From Octopus sinensis (Eukaryota): a stretch of 64,000 bases of DNA. Below the pieces are notes generated by a model that ran no database searches, was not told where the DNA came from, and was given only the letters and a program-made list of their open reading frames with translations. Below are positions 1 through 15,040 of this stretch, piece after piece; position 1 is the first letter of the stretch, and each line of letters begins with the position of its first letter. The DNA lies in the NCBI RefSeq assembly GCF_006345805.1, contig NC_043015.1, positions 11,098,001 through 11,162,000 of the forward strand. The letters run 5' to 3'. A program made the position numbers and the translations under genes.

Positions 1-719
1 TGTGTGTGTGTATGTGTGTGTGTGTATGTATATGTGTGTATTCGTGTGCACTAACAAATGAATATATACACATACATATACATACACATAGATATACATA
101 CACATATACAGTCATACTTATATTTATACATACATACATGCATACATACATACAAAGAGTGTGCATGCAAGTGTCTGAGCTTTTGTATATCTACATGTGT
201 GCATATTAAGGAATTGTAGGTAATATACAAACATTTCACATCGGAAGAATAAGGTGGACAATTGTCGTTGAGAAACCGTTCAATCCCAAAATATATGCAC
301 AATAATACAAATTAATTTTGTTTATATTTATTCCATATGCACCTCAGTTACGAGTTATAACTACACTGTGTCAGGTCCTATTGAAACTACTCTATAACTT
401 TGTATATATATATGTACATATGTAAATGTATGTATGTATATGTGTATGTGTGTGTGTTTGTGTCTGTCTGTGTATCTCTTAAGGGACGAAGAGGGATACT
501 AAGAGAAACACGAAATGATTGAGAAAACATATGAATACTTGCTATTTCGGTTTTCACTGTGGATAATTTGCTCACATGTCAACTGCACTATAACATCCAT
601 AAATTCCAACTTTATGACATCGTCTGGCTCTTCTGAACATCGACTTGATGGCAAGTGTGTGAATGGAAGTATCTTGATTTAAGCAATAGATCCTCTATAT
701 TTAAAAAAGGTCTTGCAGC

Positions 720-1780
720 TTTTTATGCTCCAAGACATAGTAATCGTTTGTAACTTATTAATTAATGATTTGCATTCTGCCCAGCAATATTCCAACTTCG
801 GCCATACTTAGCTCCAGACGGATGGTTATATATACTGTTTCTCCTATAATAATGGGTATGAAACTGAAACTGTATCTTGGGTACTAGAATTGCAAACTCC
901 TTATCAATGGTCCATCTATGTCCTATTTCTCTTCTCTGTTGCTAACCGATTCATGTCCAGGGCAGCTGATCTTCACAAGAGAACATATCTTATCCTTGTC
1001 ATCCCACGCAACGATATCTGGACGTTTGTATTTTAACTTGGTGGCTCTTTTTATTTTCAAGTTAAACCAGTATCCTTTTCACTCTTTGGTCTCGATATAC
1101 GTCAGGTTGTAGGTATTCATTTTTACCTCCGTTATCTTGTTCCTTACCGCTCTAACCACTGTATTGTGATTCATGGGAGGATAAATCTGGAAGACAATCT
1201 CTTAAAGATGGTAATAGTGTGGTTGATGTCTTCAGGCTTGGTGTTGCACAGCCTACATTTGTTGTCTGTCAACGTTTTCTGCGTCGTACGTTGTAGGTTC
1301 TTGGAGAGGATCTCTTGAAATTCCATAGATATAGCCATCAAAGTGGGATCTCATAAACCTGTCGGCACTCCATGACAGGCTGTTGACATGAACAATTTCT
1401 TCTGTCGTTTTATGCTTTCCATTCCACCTGCACATGTACAATCTTCTCAGTAAAGCGGTTCTATTTTCGTTCTGTTGTTCTGATAAATAGATTTTACCAA
1501 TAATATTTTGAGAGAAACCTGTATCGTCTCCTATTTCATACTTCTCCTCAAGTTCATTAGCTTTATATTATGCATGTATGTGCCCTACAAACTGGAAGGT
1601 TGTTATTGATGTTGACTTCCAACGTGACATGTTTCACCTGAGGGTCGAACAAATCCATAAACAATCAACGAGAAAAGAGCATTATGAATCTTCTGAAATT
1701 CACTGTCTTTTATTCTTGCTCCTGCGTCTCATAATGGCTACTTGACCCGTTTCTTGTAATGCGTTGTAATAAGAGATTCG
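720..1780 (-). mobile_element. Decayed 3' part of an RLE-type non-LTR retrotransposon (R4/Dong/NeSL-like): zinc knuckle plus restriction-like endonuclease
   Basis: Manual minus-strand translation across frameshifts gives LSWSADRFMRSHFDGY, DNKCRLCNTKPEDINH (knuckle), KRPDIVAWDDKDKICSLVKISCP (PD..(D/E) motif) and FSFIPIIIG...SIKSCKTF. There are multiple stops. Confidence 0.7.
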
Positions 1781-3839
1781 TCTGGAGTATATATGCATAT
1801 AAGTATGTATATATGTATGCGTGTATGAGCACGCCCACATCCACGCACACACGTTCATACACACTGTAAACATGAATATATATATGTATGTGTATATCTG
1901 TGTGTGTCTGTATGTATGTGTCTCTGTGTGTATGTGTGTGTCTATCGCTGTGTCTGTGTCTCTGTGTGTATGTGTGTTGTTTTTGTATACATGCATGGAT
2001 ATATGTCTAAATCCTGCTTGTCGCTGCCTTGCCTTTACTATTAAATACATGAGGAGTGTAGGTAGTCTAGGAAACCAAAGCTTGAGGAAAACTTAATACC
2101 TCCGCAGTACAAAGACGTCATTGAGGATTTAATTCTAAGGAATTCATAAATCCAAAGAAGGCTAGATATTAAGCTCGTTGGGGAAAAGTCAGCTTCGTTG
2201 TCATGGATGCAATTCAACCTTCAAAATTAATCACAGAAAAGACAGTTCACGAAAATTACCGAGAGATTTCAAGTGGTAAATCAAACAATTAAAAGGAATT
2301 TCATCCTATCCGTTAGGAATAACTGCAACATCACTGTGAAGATCTGTGGTAATAAACAAATTAACCATTTGGCTTATGCCATGTTTAGTTACACGACAAT
2401 TATCAGCTACATCGACATGTTGACTCATTGCACTTCTAGTATGACAACGGCTGTTCCTTTCATACGACGCGCCCACGTCGAAAGTTTGATATGATGTGGT
2501 AAATGCGTATGAACATCATTCAGTGTTTGCCAAAATATCAGCTATGTCAGCCGGTATAGTAAGACCGCAAAGCTCCACCTATGAGTGTTAATGGTGATCA
2601 GAGAATAAACCTCAATAAGGAAGGAATACTAATAAGTATATTACTTCGATCCAGGGATGAGAAACTAAGTTACGCTAACAAAATATAAAGATTGCCAGAA
2701 AAGAAAATCAGGACGTTATAGAATAAACCAAGGAGAGTGTTGGAATAATCCGTTGCGGCTTTAAATATTTGCAAAACTACCAGCACCAAGGGCAGCAGAA
2801 CTCGTGTGAAATATGAATAAATGTAGACCGTTACGCCTATAAGTCTATAAGTGTTACATAGTAAAATGTAGAAGCAATATGATGAGTGGTGATAAAACAG
2901 ATCTTTTGTAAAAACTGTAACCATAAAGGCAAGCAAAGGAAATAGAATGAGATAGTGTATAGCTTAAATTTCAACTCTCACTGAAACGATCTATAATAAA
3001 CCATTTTATCCGTAATTATCTTTCGTTATTGCATAACAACATTGGCGCCTTTCATTTCTTAAAAACTTAATGTGTCGTTATATGTGAAATTTGCTTCACT
3101 TTCAAGCAGAATAAACAATGTATGAGAAACTCACTTACAAAGCAGTCGTTGCCATTTATTCCTAATTAAGACTTAATAATAAAACACTACTATGAATTCT
3201 ATTACACTTACAGACATATATTGTTATTAAGACATTGCATACGACAAACTTTATGCTTTAATAAAAGAAAAAAATATATTGGAAGTCCGGTTTCCGGTAA
3301 AGATTGCTCTTATTTCTAGCGGATCTAGCGTATATCAGGCGTCTTTATTAATGGCAACAAGCAATTATAAATTCAAAAAAGAAACGGCAACTCAAAGGTA
3401 ATAATCCATAACTATGTAGAATATAGCATTGTTGCACTCATGGCAATTGCATTGTTCCATGAGCAATTTATAGAAATATTTTAATTACTCCAAGTTTAAC
3501 AATAGTTGATACAATGGGCAATATTGTAGTTCATGGCCTCCCATAGAGTATATTTCAACAAAATTGTAAAATCCATACAGCATAGTGATTATGATTGGCC
3601 ATTGTTATTCCTATTGTATTTTTTAACATATACTTCAAAAATCTATTATGCGCACCATCTTTGGCAGACACCGAGGAGCTGAACTGAGGAACTCACTTGT
3701 TGTATCTATTGTATGTATATCATTTCCGTCATTCTCTATTTCCTTTAGCACATAAATGAAATAGCGAATCGGAATTGTCAAAGAATTACGTAATCACTAC
3801 GACTACTAATTGCATTACAGATACCGAAGTATACGGATA

Positions 3840-3875
<36 letters not shown>

Positions 3876-3993
3876 TGTATATATATATAAGTATTGTGTG
3901 TGCATCTATATACATGCATATAGGTGTACACATATATACATAACTATATATATGTATATATATATATGTATGTATGTATGTATATATATATAT

Positions 3994-4381
3994 ACTAGCA
4001 GTATCGCCCGGCGTTGCTCAGGTTTGTAAGGGAAATAACTATAAAGCATTTTTAGAGAGTTATAGCCAAAAAATAGCAAAAAAATGGAAAAAAATGATGG
4101 TAAATGTTTTTTTGAGAGTCAAAAAAGGATGGAGCTGCGTCCCCTAGACAGTTTGTGGTTCGTGTTTCCGATTCTCGACCCCATGTCGAATTTATCGATT
4201 TTTTTCAGAACTGGGGAAACTTTTCAAAATTTTCGCTGCGTTAGTTTTGAATTATGACATTGGGCTATGTGTGTGTCAAGTTTCATCATAATCGGTTGAA
4301 AGCCGTGGTCGGGGTGAGGGTACAAGCAAACAGACACACAGAAACACGCACAGACAAACTGCCGTTTATATATAGAGAGAT
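3994..4381 (+). mobile_element. Non-autonomous Helitron-like (Lep1/HINE-like) element
   Basis: Starts ACTAGCAGTATCGCCCGGCGTTGCTC, has a subterminal (AC/AG) microsatellite and ends TTTATATATAGAGAGAT. It shares its 5' ~90 bp with 53230-53599. The class assignment is from resemblance to known termini. Confidence 0.55.
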
Positions 4382-6689
4382 ATATATATATATATGTATA
4401 TGTATATATAAGCAATTCGTGACATTGTCCTACATATTATAATCGAAAATATCCTCAATCCAATGCAAAGGATATTGCATAAGTATGGGAGCCAATATAC
4501 AGGATCTTTCAAGGAATAGTATGGAATACAAGAATTATGAAGTTTCTAGTCTATAGATTTCAGTCCTGATTGACTGTATTTGAAGCACAAATACACACAC
4601 ACATACTACATATGCGCGAGCGTGTGTGTGTGTGTGTGTGTATGTGTGTATGTGTGTGTGTGTGTGTGCGTGTGTGTTTGTAAGATTTGCTATTCGGAAT
4701 GTGTGTGATGAACAAAAAGTGCATTCCATCCAGTGTGAAATATATATCGTTTACTGAACACAGATTTTAGACGAGAGCTATTATTAATTTCATGCTCTTT
4801 AAACACAATAAACTGACAAGGTTATAGAGTATGCCTTGTAATTCCAAGTAATTTGTTTTCCGACTCGGAAATACGACATGTCTGGTCTTTTTCAAAATAA
4901 AAACAAAACTGCAAATATACTGGAATAAGAAAACGAAATAAATGAGAATGAGAAAAGAATATTAAGTCACGTCTTTATGTCTCTTCAAATCAGAATTGAT
5001 ATGATTAGTGTAAATTAATTCTACGTAAATGATGGCAGTGTCTGTGAGACTGCATGCCTGACCCGGAGTGCGTGGTTTCCTCCAGTTCAACAAAAGAAAT
5101 TTGCCCATATGCTTACGTTTAAGCAACATTTCACATCTAATTTAGTAGATCCGTAGATATTTCAGATCTAAAAAGTTTATAAGTAAATGTAACCTGCATT
5201 TTGTCGTTCAATCATTTTATGTCTTGGGACCCTTCCCGAAACTCCACATGATGATGTGTGGTTTAGAGCTGGCATTCAATTCTCACTCATGCCTAGATAA
5301 CACGATGCAGCTTTCTCTCCTTTCACATGTCGGAGAAAATACTCGTGTGCGTATACTTTTTTAAAAATTAACATCGTATACACCAAAGTAATTTTCTCTT
5401 GTTCATTTTGGTGACGGGGTCCCTTACTTTGTAGCACTGCTGTAACTTCTGTTTCATTAACAACAGAGCTCATCATGCATGCCTTGTTATGTGGGCAAGT
5501 TTCATGATATCGACAGTTAGAATTTGGTATGAAAACTGGAACTGGGCACTTGCTGTGACCTGCAAATGACTGGAGCAGCAGCAGCATGTAACATTTAAAG
5601 CTTAAAATATTTTAACTATTTATATTTAATTAGGAAATCCTTATCTATTAATGCCATTAGTGTTCTTCCTACTTTACTCTTAATATTCAAAGACAAAGGC
5701 GGACAGCGAACCATATTATCTTCCAGAGTTTAGCTTTGGGTTTCATATTTTCAGTTATAGGCTTCTAAGATATCTTTCATTTGAATCTGCTCTTAACCTG
5801 AGCATTATTATAGTAATGATAATCGAATTTCATTCCTTCAAAAAAGGAGTGTTTTATAGTTTAATCTGAAAGTTTGCTTGGTAACAGAGGACATGAATTG
5901 AGTTAGTTTTAGAGGGCTGGATGAACAGAAGTTTATCATATAGTAACAATAAACGTAATAGTAGTAATAGTAGTATATTCAATTAAAATACTATGTTAAA
6001 ATTATAATATCATTATCAAGCAGACATATTCATACGGCTAATTTGAAGAAATTATTTTAAAACAATGTTATATTTGAAAGCGAAATTTAAGATCGTTATA
6101 TTCATAATTGAATAATTATCAAGATTCAAATTAATGAACTAATGACGGCATTGCTATCACTATAACAATTAATATATATATATACCTAAAATGGGTCCAT
6201 AAGATACTAACTGCCGATTTTGTCTATGACATAACATGAAATTCCAATGAAATGATTACCATACTTGCGATAATACCGCAGACTAATTCTATCGCCATAA
6301 AATTTTGTCTTGGTTTCTTAAGCCAAAATATTATTAATGACATCCTAACTTAATATCTGTTAATGTCGTTTGTGACTAAGCAAGAGAATTTATGATTATA
6401 TAGGGGTATTAACTTAGTGTTAAATGGAAGTATAATACTAACGAATTATAAAGACATAGAGATAAGCACTCAAAGTATCCACACAGCTTCTTATTCATAT
6501 TTTTGAGGCTAGAACTAAACTTAAACCTGACTTCTGAAATACTTCCAAAATAAACAATGCAAATGATATAAATATTATTGATGATTTATCAAATATGTAA
6601 ACATTTGACAGAGGCTTGAAATAAAATATCTGTCAAATATTAAACATTAGAAACATACATAGTTATAAAATAATATTATATTAAGAATT

Positions 6690-6870
6690 TTGGCGACGAA
6701 CTGTAAAATGTCTAGCGGCGGGTAAAATGTCTAGCGGCGGGTAAAATGTTTCTTTTGGCTTTACATTCTGAGTTCAAATTCCGCCGAGGTCGAAATTGTA
6801 TTTCATTATTTTGAAGATGATAAAATAAGTATCAGTTCCATACTGGAGTCGAAGTAACCAACTGGATCCC
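6690..6870 (+). mobile_element. Degenerate tRNA-derived SINE (family B) with a 20-bp internal tandem duplication
   Basis: Contains TTCTGAGTTCAAATTCCGCCGAGGTCGA, matching the 46587-47013 and 55232-55463 copies. GTAAAATGTCTAGCGGCGG is repeated twice. Confidence 0.7.
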
Positions 6871-8717
6871 TGCTTTAATATTTCAAGCCTTGTGTCTATA
6901 GTAGAGAGAATAAAATATCATAGTGGTAATGTTTTCGAGTTACGGATAATAAATATGCCAAAGAGAATATTAGATATATGTGCCTATATCATGAACTACA
7001 AATCGAATGCATTATTGCTTAAGTGATATTACAAAGATAATATCAATTTAATAGGAAAGTTTGCTTTAAGAGATGCATTCTCGTTTGAAGCAATGTATGC
7101 TAAACATATTTTCGAGAGTACTAATGGTGTTCTTTTTCTCAAACTCAACTCAAATATCTAGCAATATCGTGAATGAATATCAGCCTAACTTCACTTTACA
7201 CAAAATGGTTCTAAACTATAATGGGTAGCCCTTTAATACAAAGTAATATTCTCCGTCCTTCCACAATTCGTATGAGTTGAATAGATATATATGAATGAAA
7301 GTCATTTGTCTATGAAAATAATTATATTGATTTGAGGAATGTTCTAAGTTAAAATCTTCTTTATTAAGTCTGATATCTTATTTTGTGATAATTAAATTTG
7401 GTGATATCAAATGATTTAATCAAAAAATCAAAAAATCTATGGCTTCCCACTTCAAATACTTTACCGTATTAATTGAATATGACAACATTTAAGTAAGACG
7501 TATCCTTAAATGGTGATTCGAGAAAATATGAACATCACGTACATTTATATATATATATTTGTCAATAACTGTAACTAGGGACAGGCATGTTGAAGCGGCA
7601 ATGAAATTTACTTCTCAGTATAGTTATTGCTTTCATCTCTGATGGAGATTTTCTAACTAGTTAATTAGCTGGTTGTCACTTAATTTCTACATATTACGAG
7701 CTGGAGCGAATTACTACTATCTCTAGCGGAGGAGTATCCAACATTGAGGATAAGTACAAACCACTGTACTGCTTGTGGTCCCGTTGCTGGAAAATGGTAG
7801 AGGTTCGTTCCCCTATTTACAATATATATATATATATAGTGCAGATTGCATTGAATAACCAGCTGGAGGAGGCGACCTCAGGGAGTTAAAATGGTCGTTC
7901 CGTCGGAACCTACATAACAACCATGTTGAAGTGATGATAAACAATTTTTCTCAGTATCTTACTTTTTACATCTCTTATAGAGATTTTCTTAGTAGCTAAT
8001 TTAATTGTCAATGGTATTAAGGTATGACTCACAGATTACCGTTTAATTAGAGAGGAACGTTACTCTTAACATTCCCTCGCCGCATAAAATTTCCATACAA
8101 TAAGAGCATCTTCTTTAATTATTTTATACGTATATTTCTTTTAGTCACTGGAATGCGGCAATGCGTTGGAGTGTTTCCCCGAACAAATCGACATCGAATT
8201 TCATTTTCAGGCTAGCATTTATTCTACTGCTGCCTTAAAAGCTGCCCTATCAGGCGGCTTTCAAGCCAGTATATAGCTTTTAAACAACTAACTCCGAATG
8301 GGAAGATCTGCAAACGGATCTCTGACTTGTTTTGGAGAACCTGTAGCAGTTGCTTCCTGCAGAGTCATATATCCAAATGATGATAATAATCGTCCCTAAA
8401 AATTATGTAAAAAAAGAATATCGCCAAAACAATCACAGTAACGAAAACATAGGAATCCAAAATTTCAGGATTGCAGGTCCGGATTTGGACCGGAATGTTT
8501 TCAATTTACTCACAGAGCCTGATTCCAAAATGGTATGATATATTGGGCGATGGCCTCTAGAAGTAAAGTTGAAAAAGTGTGACACACTGACACACTGACA
8601 TTCATATTTGTTATATTAGATATTACAATTTTGGGGAAACTGTATTTCAATTAAACCGTATTTTATATATGTGCGTGTATATCTATACGTATATATATGC
8701 ACACACACACACATATA

Positions 8718-8732
8718 TACTACTACTACTAT

Positions 8733-8802
<70 letters not shown>

Positions 8803-9080
8803 GCCACTACTACTATTACTATTACTTCTACGTCTCCTTCTTCCATGTCTTCTTCTCCTTCTTCTACTACTACTAAGTCTCCTTCTTCTACGTCCTCTTC
8901 TTCTTCCACGACTACCTCGTCTTTTTCTTCTCCTCCTCCTACATCTTCAACGTCTTCGTCTTCTCCTTCTACGACTCCATCTTGTACGTCTTCGTTTTCT
9001 TCTTCCACGTCTTCGCTTTTCTTTTTTCTTCTTCCTCTACGTCTTCCTCTTCCACGCCCTCTCCCCCTCCTCGTTCTCTT
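8718..9080. repeat. (TAC)n grading into (TTC/TCC)n low-complexity tract
   Basis: Visible trinucleotide arrays; they explain the poly-T/L/V/E ORFs. Confidence 0.9.
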
Positions 9081-9699
9081 ACTTCTGGTTGCAAAACAAG
9101 CTTCTTATCCAGACAGTGAAGATAACAATCCACCGCACATTACATCTGATGTCGAAAATTTTTGAGCATCAATAAAGAAAATATTTTAGCATTACAATTT
9201 ACATTCTCAGTATACCAAATGTCTTGGTATTTATTTATTTCGTATAATATCGTTGATATCACTATACATGACACCATCCCAGCATCCTTCATATTAAAAT
9301 TACAATCTAGTTGCTGTCATATACCTGTCACAGCCAGACAATATTTCATCTCCCAATATATCAGTAGGCTATTTGTGAGTGAAACGTCACAAGTGAGTGA
9401 TATCGTATATTTGATAAATTTATAACAGATACACGCGAAAACTAACCTTGATATATATGGGATATATTTGAAAAAAATTGCAACATAATCATGTATATAT
9501 TAAAACAAAGGATAAATTACTTGAACAGTAGTTACTATTACATCCAAGAGAAAAAAATTGTAGATATCTGATGCTTAAATTAACGATGATATCAAATGGC
9601 GGATTTGGTGGTTACATCTATCACACTTTGAGCACAACTTCCATCGGTGAAAAAGAAAAGCAATATGATCTTAATTATGATTATAACAATAATCATAAT

Positions 9700-10190
9700 T
9701 ATGATTATAACAATGACGTACATGATGAAAAAGAGGAATAGATGATGAAGAAGTCGACGGCGATGCTTAGAATGAAAATAACGATGAATATGATGATGTT
9801 GATCATGACGATGTTGATGATGAGGAGGAGGAAGGAACATGAAGAGAAAAAGGAAGAAAAGGAGAAGATAATAAAGCTAGTGAGCAGAAGAAATGTAGAG
9901 TAGAATGATGGTGGTGGTGGTGGTGGTGGTGGTGGTGGTGGTGGTGGGTGATAGTGCTGGTGATGGTGATGATGACGATGATGATGATGATGATATGATG
10001 ATATTGAGCAGGGGAATGATTACGGTGGTGGTGACAAGAATTATAATGATGCCTCCTAGGTATCATGTATATTATTCATTACGAAAAATATTATTATAAT
10101 TTCTACCAACAATATAACAACGATGACAACAACAACAAATATAATGATGATGATGTTGATGATGATGATGATATTGTTGGTGCTGATAAA
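9700..10190. repeat. (GAT)n/(GGT)n low-complexity region
   Basis: Visible degenerate trinucleotide arrays. Confidence 0.85.
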
Positions 10191-10633
10191 ACATACATCG
10201 GACATTTCATTTGCTTTTTCTTTTACTTAGTACTATTATAATATTTTTTCTTAGATTCAGAGAATTTCCGGAAGACGAAAGAATGTGAGAAAAAAAGAAA
10301 TGCCACTCATGAAAAATATTGGTAAATAAAAGCGAGGAAAAATTCGCAATAAACTAAAACATATTTTGTACACTCACACACTAGACGCACATATATGTAC
10401 AGAAATACACGTTCTCGCGTATGTGTGGTGATGTGTGTGTGCTTGCGTGTGTATGTGTGTGTGTGTGTGTTTGCACATAGGAGTGTGTACGAGTGTCTAG
10501 CATTAAGATCATGTCTAGCCCTCTTGAATGTTTGTATGTGGTGAAAAAAGATATGTTTACTGAGAAGACGAGGATGCATCTCCATCTCTATAATGGTGTA
10601 TGAAAATGTATATATATATATATGTGTGTGTGT

Positions 10634-10679
<46 letters not shown>

Positions 10680-10975
10680 TTTGTAATATATATTATTTAA
10701 TATTGTTTCTTAATAATGAGAGGTGTAAAACAACAAGTAAAATAAGTCGCATATAAAAAGAATAGGAGATGTATGGGAGAAAAGTATACAAAATAGGAAA
10801 AGACATGACAGCGATTGTCGTGGTTTCTCCAACAACAAGTCTATACAAATGATACTCGACTCTTATTCATAAAATTCAAAGCATTTCAGTATTCCACTTA
10901 ATGCACACCCAGTGTTCCGTCATCTCATCTTCGGTTATTTATTTCTTATATTCAAATTTAAGCCAGCTGTCCATA

Positions 10976-11197
10976 TACAGTAATCTCTGAATTATCGTGG
11001 GTGTTATATTCCAAAACACCTCGCGATAGGTGAAAATCCGTGAAGTAGAAATACTACTGTATATTTTTTAGGATTTTTTTTTAATTTGAATATATTTATT
11101 TTATCATAAATTCAAAACAACATCACAGAGAAATCGACGTAAGCTTAAATAATAAACTGCGATATGTGAACCGCGATATAGCGAAGGCATTACTGTA
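10976..11197. mobile_element. Tigger/pogo-like MITE
   Basis: TA-CAGTAATCTCTGAATTATCGTGG at the left end and CCGCGATATAGCGAAGGCATTACTG-TA at the right end form imperfect TIRs with TA flanks. Confidence 0.55.
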
Positions 11198-11347
11198 TTG
11201 TCAAATTGTAATTTTCTTTTCAATTATATACATGCAATTCCTTTTGTTTTGTTTTTTTTTTCTTGTCAGATTCTAGGAGAGCGAGAAAATCTTACTACAT
11301 ATTCGTTTAAATTATTCGCTATCAATTTGATATACATATATATATAT

Positions 11348-11399
<52 letters not shown>

Positions 11400-11438
11400 G
11401 CACATATACGAACACGCATTATAATGGCAAAAATATTG

Positions 11439-11476
<38 letters not shown>

Positions 11477-12594
11477 GTAGGGAATATAATTTCAAACTTA
11501 CAGGGAAAAATTCAATTTAGCAATTCTAAATCAAATTTCGCAATATATAATATATGTATATAATTAAGAGAAATGACTTCTATGAAGCAATTCAATAGTG
11601 AAAGACATTATATATATTATATAGAAAAATTTAAATATGCTATAATTTATATGCACACACACACACGCACACATATGCATACACACACATACGCACACAT
11701 ACCCAAGCTCAGTTTTGTTTTAATATTATATTTTGATCTTGAAATTAGGTATATGACAGAACATTTTTATGTACTTCAATCGATGTCATGTACTATCCGT
11801 ACTGAAGCTATACAACCTAAAGACATTCGCTGCATAGCTGTTTCTCAGGACGGTTTTTACTTTCTGGTCTAGGGGAACGGTTTAATACTATGGTAACTAA
11901 CTATTTGTAAATCAACACATGCGGAAGACATAAGCAAGGACGCTGATCCGAAAGCAAGGGCTGTACGTAGTAAATATTGTGAAGCCTGTGTGGTCGAACA
12001 CAACAAATGTGAATAGACGAACTGTAAGGAATGGGATGAGTGTGCCTGAGTGGAGTTCATAAGAAGAAATGCAATACGTTTTGAAAAGTTTAAAGAAAAA
12101 TTTATGAATTTTATATATTGATCTAAACAAACTATGGTCTGTCTCGGTTAATTATTGGGACTAACATAATTTTGTAAAGATGCAGTTTCAAATCAGCATG
12201 TAGAATCATCCTCAAACTTCGGATAGATATTTCCAGTGATATGCTATGCTGACGAGCAGATCGCTTTGACGATTGCGGAAAGAAGCTGTCATTGATATAT
12301 ATTCTGGAGTTCTAGGTCTGTCAGAAGATTTTCTTACCAATGTGGATCCAGTTGCATGAAGATTAGATATACAAAGCAAAATCCTTTTCCTGTCTGGTAC
12401 AAATGCATTTCGACCGAACGCAAAAATGTCAAGGGAACCCTCGATGCGTCGCTATTACAGACAGGTCGTTTTCATAAGACGTTTGAACAACAGAGCAACA
12501 ATTGTACACCACTCCCATTCATGATGGGTTCTAAAAATAAAGAATTTTTTTGAGTAATGAATGCGTAAGTGATAGATCTTTCAAACAGAAAGAG

Positions 12595-15040
12595 GTAATT
12601 TATTTGACTGTAATTTTTCTCAGCCGGTAGTTATGAACACGAGGCATAAGCTACTGCTTTCGGGCTACCATCTTCATACTTGTGTGTAAAATAACAGCTC
12701 CCATCCCACTTTCAGAGGCATCTGCTGTCACTACTATTTCTGAATACAGGTTAAAATCTGATAAGGGCAATTCCGACATTAAGAAGGTTTTAATTTTTCA
12801 AAAGATTTTGGCATTTGTCCGACCAGTTCCAGTTAACGTCTGTTTTTTTTAGACAAGTTATTCAGGCGTGGCCTTAAACCCTGCATATTTGGTATGTACA
12901 ACTGGTAGTAATTTGGAAGCCCCAACAAATCTAGTAACGTTGTAAAGTTTATTGGAGGGGACATTTTGTATTGCACTCGCCTTAGACGGGTCTGGTCCGC
13001 ATCTATTTATATCAATAATCTGCACTAGATATTTTATTCTTGTCATTAAAAAAATCACATTTTACCCCGCTGAGCCTAAACCCATAATATTTTAGTCTTT
13101 TGAAGACATTTTTAACATGCTCAGCGTGCTTACTTCAAGTTCACTTTCTATGAATATGTCGTCAAGTTAAGCTACAACGAAATCCAAACCTGCAAGCGTA
13201 ATGTCCATGATTTGCTGGAAAATACCAGGTGCTACATTAATTCCAAAGGGAAGTCGATTAAATTTATTCAACCAATTATGGGTATTTATTGTCAATAATT
13301 TTGATCATTTATCATGGACTTTTACCTGTAAATATGCTTGAGATAGGTCCAACTTCGAAAAAATTTTCCTTCATTCGACTTCATGAAAAGGTCTTCCATA
13401 CTTGGTAACGGGTAATTATATGACATTAAATATTCGTTTAATCCCGTTGAGAAATCAGCTCATACTCAGATTTTTTTTTTCTTGACATTAACTACCGGGG
13501 ATGCCAATTTTGTGTGATCAATTTTTCAAATAACGCCAAGCTTTTCAAGTATATCCAAATCTTCCTTGACTTGTTTCAACGCTGCAAAATATATCGTTCC
13601 TCTAGGCTTAAATACAGGTAAAGTGTTTTCTTTCACTTGAAACTTCGCCTCTTTTCAGGAATTTTTTTTTATTCTTTTTTAAATCCTCCGACGCCTCATT
13701 TGTAATTGGCGGAAGAGCCATTCACATTTTTACATATAATATTTATGAGAAGGCCCCATTAGTTAAATAGTTCTATCATGTCTGTTCCAAATACAGTTTT
13801 CGTATTTTTCAACATAAAAAATTTGGCTTTCAAGGTTTTACCACGAAATGTAACGACGCTTAACATTTCGCCCATAAAAAATACACTTATGTTCTTGAAA
13901 AAACTCGCGCAGTTTTCTAAGTTTCCCTTAATCTACGTTTCCCTATTTTTCTCCACGTATCTGCATTAATTATCGTGATATCCTTGCCCGTACGAAATTG
14001 TAATTTGATATTAATTTTATTCATTTTTATAGACACAAATTTTCTTTTCTGAGCCTCGCTTAGAATTTGTTTTAAAAAATACATCCTTTCTAAAATGTTT
14101 TTTATCATTTTATTTTTGTTTCGCTTTATAACGAGATTTCATTCTCAATTTTTCCCCAATTAAAACATTTACGATTTTTAAAAAGACAATTACTTCTAAA
14201 ATGTAAACTCAGCATCCACAGCATGGATTTGGTTTGACGTTCGTTTTTCTGATTATCGTATCCGTTTCAAGTCGACACACATGTCTCTGAGAGCAATCAT
14301 TTTCTTCAATTTTATCCTCGTAATGTCTTAAATGTATAGTCTTCTGGCATTCTTCAACCACTGCCTGTAGAGTTAATTTTTGTTCCTGCTCTAACTTTGT
14401 TAATATACGAGAACGTATATCAGCATCTTTTCTTGCTGGTAACCCTTGCCAAAAAAATAGAGGTTTGAATACATCCGGGGCTAATTCGTTTCATTTGAAT
14501 ATTTCACACTGTGCTAACGACACCTGTATAGATGACGAGATCTTTATCGTCTTTAAATAAATTTAATAACTACCAACGAGTATTGAACAATTCTCGAAAC
14601 AAATTCTACCTTATTTCTTAAACATATATATATTTATATATATGTAATATTTATGTATTATTTCTTCGGCAGAATATAATTGCTGTAATGTTTGTGTTCG
14701 GCAGGGAAAAAGTATATTTAAAAGTAATCGCACCTTCTCGTCATTGCAAATTTTACATTTTGCTTCTAAGATTTCTTCGTATCTTCTAAAATATGTAGAA
14801 ATGTACGACCTTCTTCTGGATTATGAAGAAACTCTTCAAATGAATATGTTACGCTGCTTGACGAGTACGAGCCTGAAGTATTTTCAGACTTATTCAATAT
14901 TACTTCCAGTAACTCTCGGTATTTGTGTTGCTGCTGTTGTAGTTGTTGTTACTGGTGTTGCGGTTGTGGTTGTTGGTGCAACTGTTGCTTTTGGTGCTTT
15001 GCTGTTGCAACTGTACAACACAAGCCAACATGTCATGTAT
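12595..15040 (-). mobile_element. Decayed Ty3/Gypsy LTR retrotransposon gag-pol (gag, protease, RT, RNase H)
   Basis: Minus strand shows a Q-rich gag N-terminus running into SFEEFLHNPEEGRTF, then DADIRSRILTKLEQEQKLTLQAVVEEC, protease-like IKLQFRTGKDITIIN, RT NRLPFGINVAPGIFQQIMD...*LDDI and IKYLVQIID...PDPS, and RNase H IVVTADASESGMGAVI...AYAS. It carries stops and frameshifts; no LTRs were identified. Confidence 0.85.

Noticed and set aside
1253-1441. Apparent terminal exon RWNGKHK...QQM*
   Set aside because: It lies within the RLE LINE remnant and is continuous, by frameshift, with its zinc knuckle.
3139-3161. 23-nt minus-strand microexon with a GTAAGTGAG donor
   Set aside because: Weak acceptor and no supporting context; expected by chance.
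8616-9175. Long acidic, Leu-rich or Thr/Ser-rich ORFs
   Set aside because: They are products of (TAC)n/(TTC)n repeats that are open in several frames.
12249-12292. CTGACGA...GGAAA HHR-like motif
   Set aside because: No helix I, an extra nucleotide before GAAA, and a broken helix III.
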